A stretch of 64,000 nucleotides of DNA from NCBI GenBank assembly GCA_002633005.1, contig NMRA01000446.1:239156-303155 (forward strand). The letters run 5' to 3'. The stretch comes from Phoronis australis (Eukaryota; Animalia; Phoronida). Below, one piece after another: positions 1 to 14,610 of this stretch (positions within the stretch are counted from its first letter, which is position 1; every line of letters starts with the position of its first letter). The position numbers were made by a program, and so were the translations under genes. The notes beneath the pieces are model-generated. The model made no database searches and was not told the origin of the DNA. It worked only from the letters and a program-made list of their open reading frames with translations.

Positions 1-2569
1 ACCTGTGCATCAGCCACAAATTTGACATGAACCTCAAAAACACAGCATGGTTCTTCACTGTTAAGGTACCAGTATTTAACACAATATAGCAGAAGGCAAA
101 CACCTTATTTCTTTAATTTTCACCAAAAAAAGCAACTTTGTACTGAAGATCTAAATAAAAAACAAGATGAAGTTTTTGAAAATTTAGAAATTTGGTGAGT
201 GCAAACTGTCAATGAAATTAGAATTAACCCATTTTCGTCTGAAATTGAAACACTGTTTGACTATGTACATTGACCATTATGTACGACAAACCAGAAAGTG
301 TAGATAGGTACAAGGCCTAGACTTTTCGAGCTGAAATGTCGCCAATGACTAATACATTAAAACTGAGCATGTCCAATTTTGCTCTGATTGACTCCAGAGA
401 AGTCACGCACTATTTTGTCTGTCTGCACGATTGAAACAGTTCATAACAAGTACAGCAAAAGTCACAGGGGTTCTGTATTTTGAGACCCTGTTTGATGATG
501 GTTATTTAGAGGAGCAAACTGGTTCTCAAAATGTAGAACACCTGTATGAAAAACCAGTGAGCAGAGAGGACTTCATACACAGCTATATAATAGAGTGGTA
601 CAAATTATTCGCCAGACAGAAACAAGAACATCCAGGAACGATCTCCATCCTCAATAATTTTACGAACAAACTGAACAGGATTGAAAATCTTTGATCAAGC
701 CATTAGCGCAATCACTTGAAAACAAACATTAATTCATGATTGCCAAGACGCTATCAAGGATAAGCATTTACTAACGTAATGCAAAAATCAATATCAACAC
801 ACACCTCAAGCCATGACAATACAACGATGGCTTGTTGACAGTGCAGGCAAAGCACAACTACAAAGCCACATACACAATCAAGTAACGGGTTGTACATTTG
901 GGGCAGCAGAAATGTTATCATGGACACAAATTGGAACACAGTTTGACAGAACAATAGTAAACAAGAAGGCAATTTTACTTCATTATTTCAAACTTTATAC
1001 AGTACAGATGTCATCAACAAACATACGATGAAATTTTGAACATTTTGACAATACAGCAAGCATTTTAAAAATGAAAAAATAAAATTTTGGTCATTATTTT
1101 TGTTGGAATCTGAGGAAACATTACAGTAATCTATTTTCCGAGTTAGTAATTCCCAAGGGCCTAAATTGATGATTTAATGCAGTGTTTGTAGAGCATAACA
1201 CACTAATCTTTTGGTGACATCTTCTTAGAGAAATTTTTGTGGACAACTCCATGTATGGGGAATTTGTGTGACGAACATACGTGACAGACGTAAGCTCCGA
1301 ATTTCTAGTAATAAATTGTTTGTTGTAGCCAAGACATCAATTCAAAATAATTCAAACTTAACTATTTAGGCTATACTGTTTTTTTGCTATTGACTCAATG
1401 TTTTTTAATCAAATTAGACCAATTGACCTTTTGCACTAAATCATCACCTCAGGTAAGCCAATGCTGGGAATGTACCCTCTAGAATTTTAACTTTTCAAAC
1501 ACATTTGATTAATGATATAAAATAACTTCGTGAACTTCTCATTTCTTTTTGAATATGGTAAACAGTATGGATGGGAATGAGAAAGATAATTATTTTGTAT
1601 TCGACACCTGTTGATAATCAGGAAAATTGTTTTGATGCGTTATATAGCTCTAATACAAATTGGAAACTAGTAAGTAAACATGACTATCCTCAATATAAAA
1701 TGTGAAATAAAGTTTAAAACATTGTTAAACATCATTTTAATAAACATGCATTTTAATTGTTTATTTTTTACAACAGGACTTGCTGTAGGCTTGAACAGAC
1801 TTGTCTGGCCATGTCGCTGATAGTTTTGATGCGTGCCCATGTTAATAATAAAGGTGCTGTTTTATAAGGATATGTAAGAGGTGTCTTCATATAACAAGCT
1901 ATGAAGCAACAATTGGTCCAGCATGGTTTAGTTGACAGCACCATCTTGTGGCTTTCAAATTCTGATCGAAAACGCCGGTGCTGTCTTGCTGTGTGAAGGC
2001 TGACATTAAATTAAATTAAATTTAGGATTATGATTTAGGAATACGTGGAGCTAATAAAATTACCAATGTTGATCCTTAGTGATCAGCTTGATTAGCATTT
2101 CACTTAGCTTTTTAATCCAATACTGTCTTCTTTTCAATTTTAAAAGAGGCATTAAATTAAGGTCACTTTATGGTTCACGCAGATACAATTATGAATTTCT
2201 TGATCCATGATGGCAATTTTTCGAGTTTCAGAGAACTTTCCTGCAGATATTTGTTCCTCTCCCAGTTGCTTCTGGTCTCCAACAATTCCCTCTTTTGTTT
2301 CTAAATGCTGATTAAATCTCCTTGAAGCGCAGCAGAAAAAAAAATTCTTAAAACGACTGCATGATCAAGGTTCCTGATTTGCCAAAAATATGTGAATTGA
2401 AACGATGTAATCATTTGCTATTCAATCATTTGATACAAGCCAACAAAGACACTGAAAAACACAAGAGCTAACAGTCACTGAAGGTGTGACAAAAATTCTT
2501 AACAAAGTAGGTCACACGTTGCTACCGCTTAAAATTGCCTAGTATTGGCTTTTTCAACAAAAAACAGCA

Positions 2570-3441
2570 GGATTGTTCTAAAACCCCCTTGACCCCATGA
2601 ACCCCTCGACCCAAAACCGCCATGACCCGTGTCTCAGAGCACCGTCGACCCACAACCTGTGGCAATAGATGTATTTTTGCGCTTTTTACACATTTCATAA
2701 TCATATTGCGGGGCTAAATGACTTTCCCATGAGGCTAACCTACACGCGATTCTGCTCTCGCTCAAAAAACAAAATGTGGCTTAAGAACAGAATCTGATAT
2801 AGCAAATTGGGAGCCTGCTATCATTGTCACGAAAAAGTTCCACGAGCGCCTACCAATGGTCCTTTTCTACTAAACTTAGGGAGAGAGTATGTTAATGTGA
2901 ATGGACATAATTTCACATTTTTACTATTTGACTTCTGTTGTATACTCGCTTACAATATACTCCATGCATCGTTGAGGTGCCTTTTTAGTTAACAGTTTGT
3001 TTTTTCAAACTGTATTTACTGAAGAAATTACATCTTCGTCGGTTCCTTGGACTCTCCCAAAAAAGCTTGAATCTGCCATTCTCTGAAGAGCACACGCGAT
3101 GATTACACCTTACCAGGATCGACATTTGTAATGTTGGTACATGTACTTCTCTCATTTGATTTGGTCGCGTTGTTTTTTTTTTCTGTTTTTGGCTTTCAAA
3201 CTAGGAGAATCGACTCTTTTAATAGCAAAAACAGGGAAAAGCCAGCAGAGCTCACGGTCAACTCGTTGGTCCTGCAAGTCAGCGCTTGTTGTATCATAGT
3301 GTTCAAGTCGAACTTGTGTAGACTGGGCTGATGGAATCGTGGGTCAAGGGGGTCATGGGTCAAGGGGGGTCGTGGGTCGAAGGGGTCGTGGTTCGAAGAG
3401 GTCGTGGGGTGAGGGAGTCGAAGGGGGTTTTAGAACAATCC
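2570..3441. mobile_element. Non-autonomous Mutator/foldback-like DNA element
   Basis: Terminal inverted repeat (TIR) GGATTGTTCTAAAACCCCCTT / AAGGGGGTTTTAGAACAATCC, subterminal ~15-bp GACCC/GGGTC tandem units, and a 9-bp TSD AAAACAGCA / AAAAAAGCA. Confidence 0.75.
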
Positions 3442-6400
3442 AAAAAAGCATAGTGAGTCACAGTAAAAATAACGATTAAAGCAGAACATCAACTTGATAT
3501 GGATTCCTCTTATTATTTAAACTCCAGAGCACCAATGGAAATCTTTTTATATGAATATTTTTTGCTTCAGGATATTTTTACAAACATGGGGCACTAACAC
3601 AAAAAACAGTGAGTTTATTAAATTAACATTTTGTTTTTTTACATTCTATGATGTGCTCCAACTGTCTAATTTTAACATCTTGAATTCTCCTAAGAATAAG
3701 TAGATGACACCGTAAAGTATAATTTCTCAGCAAATACTTTTGAAATTAAAAAAGTCAAATGCATCTGGTTTAAATCTGGAGCAACTTCTGTACTTGATTT
3801 TATGGCTATCGTTTTAGATTCTTAGGTGTGAGACAAATTCCATCTTCTGCAAGTTTGGAAAGTTAAACTAAGGTCTAAGGTTTTTTGGCTGAAAAATTGT
3901 AATTTCATGGGTGTGGCGGACGTACAAATTTTCCGTATTTCCATCACTGACTAAACTAATAATCCCTGGGATCTAAAATTTTGGTCAACAGTATTAAGAA
4001 ATAAGTTAAAAGAGAATCTGAAATTATTTAAATTTTTATGGAAAGCTTTTTGAAGTGATGAAACTTTTTAGCACATTTTTGTGACACACGTACGGCACCA
4101 TGACATCCATGAGTTGGCCTTTGACCTGAAGACGTTCATGATGCGCTACTGGTCAAATGATCTTTTTAGGAAGTTCAGGCTTCATGTGATTGCACAAAAT
4201 TGATAATGTTGCGGAATACCCATAATAAGCTTATCTATGACTATAATTAGCAAGACACATAAAAATCAGGGTAGCTTTTAGGGTCATGAGTGGGGCCTTT
4301 TAGGAAAAAATCGAAAGCTAAAGGAAAGTTAAATATGAACCCTGAAACTAGAGAGATTGGGCTTTCAGATGACACCAGAAATGTTCATCTAGTCCCAATT
4401 TTAAATTTTTGTCTCTAAGTTGAACTTTTCACGGAATTACCCCGTACATAAAGTCAAGCTGATTTTTCAATTTCAAGACTTCTCAATAAGTGAAAACTAA
4501 TATAGTTAAAGCATGATTCAGCTGCTTTACATTCCACAAAGAAGATTCAAATCTAAGACACCTACGGTAAAATCTCTGTCCACAGTGTTATCCCATGTTC
4601 ATCTTCAAAAGCACCTCTCCCACACCTTAAGTGCATTTGGGACTTAAACAACACTCACTTAACTGACCAAGTTGAGCCAAGTTACATAAGTTAAAATCCT
4701 CGAAAGTCCCTATATTCATCGCCACTACCTATAATGTTCAAGATTGCCTGGGAGAGTTGGAATTCATTTTATACAATGAATCAGCTTCAATTACCTGTAG
4801 AGTAAACACATGAAATTTCCTGCTCTTAAGGGGTATTGATTTTTTAATAAACAGTGCCAGTTTAGTCATTTCCCCGATGAAACATCCCAGGTGACTTTTG
4901 GTAAACAACGTTGGCCAAACTTCCAACAGGTCTGTCATCACTTAGCTATACCATATCAACTTTTGAAGTCACAAAACACCACACACACAAATTGATTTAC
5001 CTCAGGAACCTCTCGTTGTCTTTTCTCCGCAAGTATCAATTCCAGTGGCAGTACCCAAATATTAAATATTCTGACCTTGGTATAGAATGGTAGAGGCTAA
5101 AGCTTTCCTGTTGTTACAAGGCCAGTTGACCATCAGTGTTCAAGGACATTGTCCCTCAGTTACAATGTCTCACAGCAATAAGCAGCCTGTGCTGACTGGT
5201 TACATAATATTAGCCAATCCAATGCAATCATGCAAAGGTCAACTTCACGGTTGACTGCTTTCTGTAGGCTGCACTAAAAGAGTGCAACAATGCACGTATG
5301 TTCACGTTTGTTGGATTATCAAACATGTAAGATTCATTCACGAAATTTTACAGTATATCTCATTGCAAGTCAACGAATGTTAAGTGTCATTCACGAAAAG
5401 TCCTTGACAACTGATGACCTCTTGAACTTGAGGTGAACGGTCCGCTAATAATCCGTAAGAAATCTGAAATTAGAATCGGAACGAAATTACTGACGTATGA
5501 CACACTTATTTAGTCAGGGTACGTCAACGTACTCTTGTGACGAGCACAAACACGTGAGAAATCTTAGAGCATTGTTGGTACGTGTTAATACAAAATGACG
5601 TAAACCCGCGTTTTTATCTAGGCAGATAAAGAGCTGTTCCAGTTCCTGGTGATTGATTCAAAATACACCGGCGCGTAAACTCAGAAACCAGGCAAAACAA
5701 CGCTACTAGGTCCAATGCGCAAAACTTACCTGAAATGTGTGTGACAAGCCTCTGTGGTGATTGGTTACTCAGTATCAGCATAGAATGATTCTTTCGAAAG
5801 CAGATACTTTGCGAAACCACCTCAGATCCCTCGTCGATATGGAAACGATAAGCGACTTCTCACAGACCGACACAAGAACAGTGCATCTACTATCCCAGAA
5901 TGCATCTCGCTAAAGTCAGGACGAGAGTAATCAATCCGCTGATGACGTCAATGACCAATGAATTAGATGTCACTTCAGCGCTGATGTGTAGCGAAACAAT
6001 CTGTTAACGAGTCTTGGACGATTTCAGGGGGAGCTTTAGGAAATGTGCGGTCTGTTGAACCCTCTCAGTTCGTCTCACATTCGGCGAGTCGTCACGCAAG
6101 TGTTCATTTTTGCAGCAGAACTCCACAATTTGATTTTACATAAATTTGTTTCTTATTTTAAAAAGATTGTAGCCCATTGGATGTTTATCCATTTTTAATT
6201 GAACAAAATAAGTCAAAATAACTAATTAAACATTTTGTGGAGTCTTAACTTCTGCAAGAGAATATATGTGTCATGGTAAAAAGTCTCTCGTGCGACAAAA
6301 AATTCCCTGTTTAATGGTGTTACTTCTCTAAAATGTTTGGTTTCCCGATTTTCCAGTGGTACACCCAGTTCGTGGAATGATTCCACTGTCGTGTTTGTCT

Positions 6401-6604
6401 AAATAAATTGTATAGTCATCAACAGGATCGCTTTAGGTCTCGGACGACGTGTCAGAATTACAAGCTTTCGTATTTTAAAAACGTCTCACAGTTTTAAGTG
6501 GGTGTGAAAAACACAGGAAGCAGTTATAGGCATCTCTTCGAGCACGTGAGTGGCATCGCCCTCCCCCCAAGTAGCCTGGACAGGCAGCCACCAAGGACCT
6601 ATTC

Positions 6605-6855
6605 CATGCGCACACCTAGGGGGCCCGGGTTACTCGAACGAGCCCCCCCCCCATTTGGCGAAGTAGGCAAAAAGGTATCCCTGAGAGAAACAAAAAGTCC
6701 GAGAAAACGAGACAAAAGTCCACAGGAATTCAGCTCGAACGCACAATTCACAGGTCTGAACGTACGTAGTGCCCCGTTTTTTTAGTCCGCGTTTTTGCAG
6801 CAAAGGTTCACGTACTGCAAAATTCGAGCCCCCTTATATTTTAGGCTTTTTTAGG
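6605..6855. mobile_element. MITE, CATGCGCGCACCCAG family, 5-bp TSD
   Basis: Homologous to copies at 30437 and 35677; flanked by TATTC/TATTC; right TIR degenerate. Confidence 0.65.
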
Positions 6856-8372
6856 TATTCCCCAATACAGAAAATGCCCTTGAGCGCATTAGTTCTTTGT
6901 TAGCTATCACTTCGCGTAAATATTTGTTTCTTGGTGTGTCAGTTCAAATGCACTTTCACGACCGACAGCTTGGCCCAAGCGCTGGGGCATTCTTACAGAA
7001 AAGGCATACGGGACGTTCTGTTCGCGTGCCGAAAGGGAACCTTTTCTGATAAAACTTCCTGCCGAAGGGTTCGCTTGGAGTCCGAAAACTCTACAGTAGG
7101 TTCTTAATTCCAAACACATAAAACTATAGAACGTATTTTTTATGAAATCCGTATATTTACAAAACATGGTACCCACGGGAGGAAATGATGTCTCTTGGGG
7201 TGGGTGCGGAAAATGTAGAGACAAACTGACCGCAACTCCCAACAACTAGGAGTAGGTCTACTACCTCGCGGGAGGACAGTGGCGCCATACACTAAAACCC
7301 AGGTCACAAAGTCCAGCCAAGGTCGGACACAAAATTTCAAATGTTTGGTAATAATATAGTAGTACTTTGGACTTAACTAAAGAACATTATTACATACGGA
7401 GAGGAGAGGGTGCGACTTGCACGCCCTCATATTAATGAACAAAATAACCTGCAAGAATTTTCCGTACCACCACGTACGACCCAATGAAGCAATAAATCGT
7501 AAATCTCCAGCGTAATACAGAGTCGTGTTTTCATGTTCATAAATAGTTTTAAAAATAATAAATTCTGCACGAACTAAAAAGTGACACCCCAGTCTTGTCC
7601 TGTTACTGCTTCACAGACCGTACGAACTACTCAAAAACGAAAGAGCGCCCCAATAATTTTTTGCTGCCCTTTTCCAAACAAAATTTGAAAATAGAATATT
7701 TAAACGGACACATTTTACAAGGTATTAGTTCATCAGGACTTCCCCGACTATTTGATAGGTATATATACATATATATATACATATTGTAGGAATTTTTGTC
7801 TTACAGTGGGAGGATATGGTTTTAAGAAAAACACTAATTAGAAAACGAAAGTCACAACATGGCTGGTAGTAGTTCGCTGTACTGGTAAGTATGGCTTTTG
7901 TTTTGGATGTTACATGATCGTTTCATTCCCATTCACGAAATGAAATTGAAATCAAGACAAATGAACTCTCACAAACTTGTCTTGAACTTCCCATTCCCAT
8001 GGTAGCAATTGGGATGGAATGTCAGGTGACATAGGCTTAAAGCAGCCCATTTTTGACGGGTTGGCGCACCCTACCGCTGTCAAAACTAATGCCTTTTTGA
8101 AGCTCATTGTACTTGCTGATGTCCTGTGTGACACGTGTAGAGATGAATATCATTTCATCACGGCGTGCATAGGGTTGAAAAGCTATCGTTTTGTGGCTGG
8201 CTCAGTTTAAGTGTTGAATAAACAGGAAACGCCTTGCATATGTCTACGTCATGAAAAGGGACTCGAGATTTTTAAAGACAAAAATTTGGTCTTTCTCTCC
8301 ACATAAGTATTTCTGATCCCAATACTCTCTTAGCAAACGAATGAAATAGATGAGAATATACTCACAATTGTT

Positions 8373-8560
8373 AGTTATTATTATTATTATTATTATGATT
8401 ATGATTATTGTTATGGTTATGGTTATGGTTATTGTTATTATGATTATGATTACTATTATTATTATTATTATTATTGTTGTTGTTATTATTATTGTTATTA
8501 TTATTATTGTTGTTGTTTTTGTTGTTGTTATTATTATTGTTATTACTATTATTATTGTTA

Positions 8561-8614
<54 letters not shown>

Positions 8615-8622
8615 TTATTATA
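8373..8622. repeat. (ATT)n/(GTT)n microsatellite
   Basis: Direct reading; it explains the poly-Ile/poly-Asn ORFs. Confidence 0.95.
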
Positions 8623-10403
8623 TTGGCAATCGTGAATTGAGAGCTTAAGACCAAGCTTCTGTCTCAAGTATTTTTACTCAATTTTCATGCAACTGACCCG
8701 ATGTCTGCGTAAAACCATTTTCAGTGGATCTCACAGCTTCAAAAGTTTTCTATCCAGTTCAGGCTCATGCTCAACAAATCTTTGCAGCAACGAGATCCAA
8801 TGAAAGGCACGGCCCTAAACATTCGTCTTAACATTTCAAATTTAAGCCTTGTTCCCGCAATGCTTTTAAGCCAAATTACTGATTTAAAAAGCAATATTTT
8901 TGTCACTTTCTTTTCCTGAAAAACGCATTTACCTAAACTCCTGTTGTTTCACCTTAAGACAAAAATTATGATTAAGATATATTTCTAAATTGTCATGAAT
9001 TTCCTACTGCACACATACATACACGAATCGTGTTCTTATTTTCAATTTCATGGAAACTAGGTGCGAAAAATGTATAACTACTTTTTGATAAGTTCATAAG
9101 AAACGCTTTTCGTTCAATAGTATTGTAGTTGCAAAACGCTTTTACTGGACGCTGTTTAAAGTAACTAAACTAACTCGTGAAAAATTGACATGACAATTTT
9201 TATTTTATTACTACACCTTTCACTGCAATTTGAAAATGGTCCGAGTCGACACAAAAGGAGCCAAGTACAATGCAACAGTTCAAGATCATTTGACGTGAAC
9301 TTAAAAGCAATACCTTGGATTTAACGAGATACCTTGGATTTGATAAAAAATCGGGTTTGTTTACGTACCGTTAGTCGCGTACTAAACGCAATTTCTGACA
9401 TCCAAAAGAGAAACGACGTTCACTCACAAAGACTACTTGGACGAGTTAGCAATCAAAACTAAGAAGTACGTGCTCAATCCGTGTTCTTATTGCTACACAA
9501 ATAAATGACAATGCATTAAAATTCCAATATTTAGCCCAGAAAGCGAACTATTAAATCCAGAATTTTATCTGTAAAAGAGTGACTTACTTAAGTGAAACAT
9601 AATAATGAGCGAAAACACCAAAAGTAAAGAAAACAAAAAACGAGGGCTGTCTCATTTCCCGAGTCGCTCTTGAAGATTCATGAAGTAACTGTGAGGTTAG
9701 AGAAACATGAGCTCTTCAGGAGTGATGAAGGCGGTGCTGCCGGAAGGTATATTTTAAATCAATTTACCCACGCCATGATCTTTTTAGACTTCTTGATGAA
9801 AACATTTTGCAAAAGAACGGGATTTAAGATTCATAACTAGGCACTATTGCTATAACTCGTGTAAGCAGTTACTCTTGTTCATCGCGTTTCTGACTTTCAC
9901 TACAAAATGAACTAATTAGGAGTGCTTTTCCGCATTCCATGTCGATGTACATGTAGCAGGCATTGGACTCGGTCTTGTAATTGGGCTAGAATTAAAGGTA
10001 AGGAAGGCGTGGCATTATCCAAACACAAACGCCAGGAGCTTTATATCTGACCTTCCCGGTAGTGTCTAGACAGAAATCTTAATGGCCGAACTCTGGTGAG
10101 ACTTTCTCCACGAGATATATAATAGCTGTTGACGCCAGAGAGCCTATCCATGCGTTTTCCGCATGAAAACGGACGCGCTGTAAGTCTCTAGTAACATTAA
10201 ATTTACATACTTTTCAAAAATGTAAAAATGCACCAGAAAATTGCAAGACTACCATTCTCGCAGTCAATTATGTGTTATGTTTCTTGGAAAAATGTAATTA
10301 ATACTCATATAAGATAACGTCATTAATTACTGCAACTGTAAAAGCTAATTCCTTTAAGCCACTATGTCATAATTTTGTTGCGGAGGAGTTGGCGTGAGAT
10401 GCT

Positions 10404-10526
10404 AAGTGACATCTATAGGTCGGATACTTCAACAAGTGACATCTGTAGGTGGAATACTTCAACAAGTGACATCTGTAGGTGGAATACTTCAACAAGTGAC
10501 ATCTGTAGGTGGAATACTTCAACAAG
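10404..10526. repeat. 30-bp minisatellite x4 (AAGTGACATCTGTAGGTGGAATACTTCAAC)
   Basis: Head-to-tail copies with no spacers. Confidence 0.9.
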
Positions 10527-12608
10527 GAATTGAGATCTCACTGCTTAGTTGTGATTGTAAATCACTGCGTTCATAAAATTATTAAAATAGTGGATCAGTA
10601 CCTAAGCTCGTAAAAATTCTAAAGCACATAAGTTGAAGAAATCATTCGACTACCGGTAATGATTTGGTATAAACCTGATGCATTTATTCCTGTAAGCGCA
10701 CGTGCGCGCAGTTATCACACTCTAGTGATTTTAGTGTAAGACTAATGTCCTATTTTCTAAAAGAATTTGTATTTTTGTGCACCGTAAAATGAAAGTGAAC
10801 CCTATTTTAACCCATTAACTGATGTTAACAACGAATATCCGATCCAGCTCTCTAAAGTAAAAAAAATGCTTTGCAACCCACGTCAATCCTCAAAAGTTTG
10901 GAGCAAATTCTTAAACTCCTCACAAAGCCTGTTTAACCGGCAAGCGTGACGTACATGGTTTCGACTAGTTACACTACAACAGTAGGGATAAATCCCCACC
11001 AAGAATCTTAATATCCATTCCGAGACACATGAGTAGGAGAAGGTTCAAGTGTTTTGAGTTGAATCCCGCCTATATCACTCAAGTGAGACGCCAATAGGGC
11101 ATTAATAACGGATTAGTTGAAATAGCCACAACTGTGCTTAGTATTTTTTTAAAGGGGCTTTATCGATTTTACAACCAAAAAACGTATTAATGCGATTTTT
11201 GCTGGAAGGGATAGACTTCTTGAAGTTATTAGCTTTGACCAGAACTATAAAACAATAAAATCCGTCACGTTTCGTAATTTTAATACAAATCGCCGATTCT
11301 CGTCATCTTCGAGACAGTCGCTGAAATCAAGGCCGGAATCTTTTACATGTTAGACACGCGGCAGTTTTGCAGTATGCATTGCAAAAGGCTTTAGAGAATT
11401 TGGTTTGCTTGTGTTTGAGAACAATCAAGTTCTGAGAGAAAAGTCCACTAGTCCGGCTGCAGATGCACTATTCATCAAAATGGGTTCCCTGTGGTACTGC
11501 TGCTAGACGACTGTGGACACTGCCACGATTTCAGATAATTCCCAAACAACCCTGGAGAACTGCAAAAAAAATTGGTTGGATGGCTATACTTCTGGACCCA
11601 CATATCAGTGTGCAATCTGCAGTAAATTTGGATTTAGAATGTAGTGTTGATTCGTATCGTACATTGGTAGGGAAATCGTGATTTTCGGCTGTCAGAAATT
11701 GACTATGTATTTGTTTAAAAGGTAGCTATGCTTTGAGATTGTGCGTAGATGGAGAGAAAATGATTAAATCCAGTAATTAATTTATTACATGCTAACCACT
11801 AATTAGACAAGTGAAACCCATTGTTAATTAAGTAATCAACTACAAAGAAGAGTAACTACGCTAGCGCCCTCTTTAAAGGTTACTTCAATCAATCAACCAA
11901 AATAATCAAATGTCTTATCTTTTATCCAAGCTGAAGGACTTTTCACTTGTTGGATGACAGTCCTGTTGGTGAATCTTCACACAGTGTACTGTGACAGTGT
12001 ACTTGCTGGTCACAGTCTCTGGTCACGCAACACTTGCAGGCAGTTTCTTCTACCCACGATTTTTCTTGCTGGTCACAGTCTATGGTGATGCAAGAATTCA
12101 GGCAGTATCTTACTACCCACGATGCACGTGACAAGCTCTTAGTTAACTTCCTGTTCGTTAACCCTCGCCCTTGCCAAGAGCCTCTCTAAAATCTTCCACG
12201 AGATGACTCTGTTGTACAATTTCCTCTGCAAACTGTAGCAAGACTTTACTATAGCTCATCTGAATATCTTCTTGATTTTAGCCCATATTATAATATTCTA
12301 CTTATTTAGCGATTGGCTAATAAAAACCACATGATCATATCTAATCATATCATTGGCTGTTACAATTTGCTGTCAGAAATTTGTAGAATCTCTAGAGTGC
12401 TTTGACCCCAGAACCAAAGTTGTAAACACCATCTAAAATAGATTTTGACGTTAAAGTACATGTCAAGTTTGACCCCATGATTAAAAGTACATATGTACAA
12501 CTTTTGGGCAACTTAAAATGGATCTATTATTACAAATCACTTAATCAATATTTATTCTGACATCGGCTGAAATCTGTCAATACTGGTTTTATCGCCTCTT
12601 TTAGGGGC

Positions 12609-14103
12609 ATAGACCTAATTCACGCGGCGGACATTAAAATCCAAATCGAAGCTCACTGCGATAAACAAGGCGGGAGTTGACATTGCGTGAGTTAAATGGC
12701 CGGTCTTTGGAGTCCAAGTTGGATATTAAATCTTTAAAATGTGTCGATAATTAACTACGGAGACGTAGGAAAATACATTAGAGAACAAGTCAATGCACCA
12801 AAGAGTTGTCTGACGAATGGGTATAAGATTTATTTGGAAAACAATGTTCGAAACATGAAAAGTAAATGTGACCAAATTGCGGCGATCGCAGTGTTAGGGG
12901 TTAGATATTTTGCTGAATGCAGGGTTACGTTTCTTCTTAAAAATTGTTGTGAAAAATGCTTTCTACACGAACCAGGCCATCTGCTCGTATTGTTGACGAG
13001 ATGAAGATATATTCGACTGTGGTGGCTCATTGCATTTTGCTGTCATGTGCAATTGGTCACATCTGGTTGAATTTGTTGATAACGAATATTATCAAGCATG
13101 GCCTAGGTCCTGGTGAGGCAGGGACTACCGGGACTAACAGTTGATTTGTGATTGATCTGAAAGAATAATGTATGTTATTAGATATATTTTTTATTAAAAA
13201 AACAGGCTCGTAACTGAAAATAAAAATTATTTGACCATCAATTCTGCTTTCTTGGTTTATTAAAATAATTCTTACGTCTATTTCATGTGTTAGTCTTCAA
13301 ATATCAATCTGGACCAAGTTGAATTTTAAAATTAAAACACCTAATTTGTTCGTCGATCCAAAGCATAACCTCGGTTTAGAGCTTAATTTCAGTTTACTGG
13401 ACAGAGCAAGCATAGTCATCGTGTTTCTTCATGGGCCTCGCTCATCCGAGGGGAAGGTGTCTGTGCCTTCTGAGAGGGGATTTTTTTCACCGAGTGAGGG
13501 GAAAAATCTACCTCCCGATCACCATCAATGGCACCCCCGCACTGTTGCACGCTCTCATAGGCTCTGTCTCAAGTAGCAATTTGTGCTCTTTCAAATTGTC
13601 ACCCGTGTGGTTACACTTGTGATTTGAACTCCGGAGAGAAATTTTCAAGGGGAGTTTTTAGGCCTGATGCGGGGGGGAATTTCGCGTGATTTTCAATAGG
13701 GCTGATATTCAGCCTCAAAATAGAGGGATTGAGGGCCCTGTCTTTTTTGGAAAGAAAAATGCATCATGTTTCAACCCGTAGTCATGAAAATACAGCCTGC
13801 CTGACCGAAGATTCTCCGGTCGTTGCTATGATGCTCGGCAACCGAAATGCGACAATTAAAATATGACCTAACTTTTCGAAAGCATTTATAAATTTTACAC
13901 GGCTATATTTTCCTTTGTCACGGCGTATGGCAACGACCCAACGCTTCCGAATCTCAGCGTCTCCTTAGTGATTGTAAAACAGACAGTTGAGAGTCCTTAT
14001 TTTTTCAGGCGTTCAAGCAACGCGAAATACAACTATGCCAACAGAGCTATCATAGCGAGCCTCGTTTTGGAACTCACCTCCTGTCGGCGTGAATTGGGTC
14101 TAT
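12609..14103. mobile_element. Degraded TIR DNA element (possibly PIF/ISL2EU-like)
   Basis: Inverted termini ATAGACCTAATTCACGC (12609) / GCGTGAATTGGGTCTAT (14087-14103), 16/17 match; the superfamily is a guess. Confidence 0.5.
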
Positions 14104-14610
14104 TATATTAGTATATTTATTCAATAACTAGGCCTCCGGCCCTTGTTACAATCAAATCATCAAATACAATAAAGGTAAGTGTCAAACACTAGAAGTAAAC
14201 CGAATTCTTCTTCGCTTGAATGCAAAATGAACATATTTACATGTTGACCATATCAGATCTTTTTCCTCCATAGTCATGAGTCTGTTGAATTTTGTAACAT
14301 TGGGGTTGTTGTAGCTCCATGCAGGCAAATATCGTTTCCTTAGGTCATCGTAGAATGGGCATTCGATAACAAAATGATATTCTGACTCGACATATGTCCT
14401 AACACAGAGAGGGCATAACCTTTCTGTTCTGCTAAGTTTCAAGTGTCTACCGTTTTCAATCATTAGTGCATGCGCTGAACATCTCAATCTTACCATATCA
14501 GATCTAACATTTACATTGTCAATTACATCTAAATAGTTTTCAAAACATATATTTAACTAAAAGTTCTGTAAGTTTCCAGCTTAATCGAATTGTTCAAAAT
14601 ATCGATTCCG
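14104..14610 (-). mobile_element. 5'-truncated LINE 3' end (RTE-X-like ORF2 C-terminus)
   Basis: ORF 14182-14496 RLRCSAHALMIENGR...LCPLC...ESEYHFVIEC (C-terminal Cys/His motif); the 3'UTR has a GGGCCGGAGGCC hairpin followed by AATAAA. Confidence 0.8.

Noticed and set aside
7225-7330. HDV-like ribozyme on the minus strand (CCT-CCCGCG-AGG plus an ACTCCTAG/TGGGAGT hairpin)
   Set aside because: No P1 partner can be formed, and L3 and J4/2 are non-canonical.
8244-8667. Poly-Ile/poly-Asn ORFs (and the HT/VC, CVYT, YI and poly-Thr ORFs at 20.2, 45.7, 52.0, 54.3 and 54.6 kb)
   Set aside because: They are translations of microsatellites.
10404-10526. 30-bp repeats as a CRISPR array (also 46652-46830 and 50794-50968)
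   Set aside because: The units are contiguous with no unique spacers, there are no cas genes, and the context is eukaryotic: these are minisatellites.
11149-11880. Third Kolobok-like element starting TTAAAGGGG
   Set aside because: I found no matching inverted right end.
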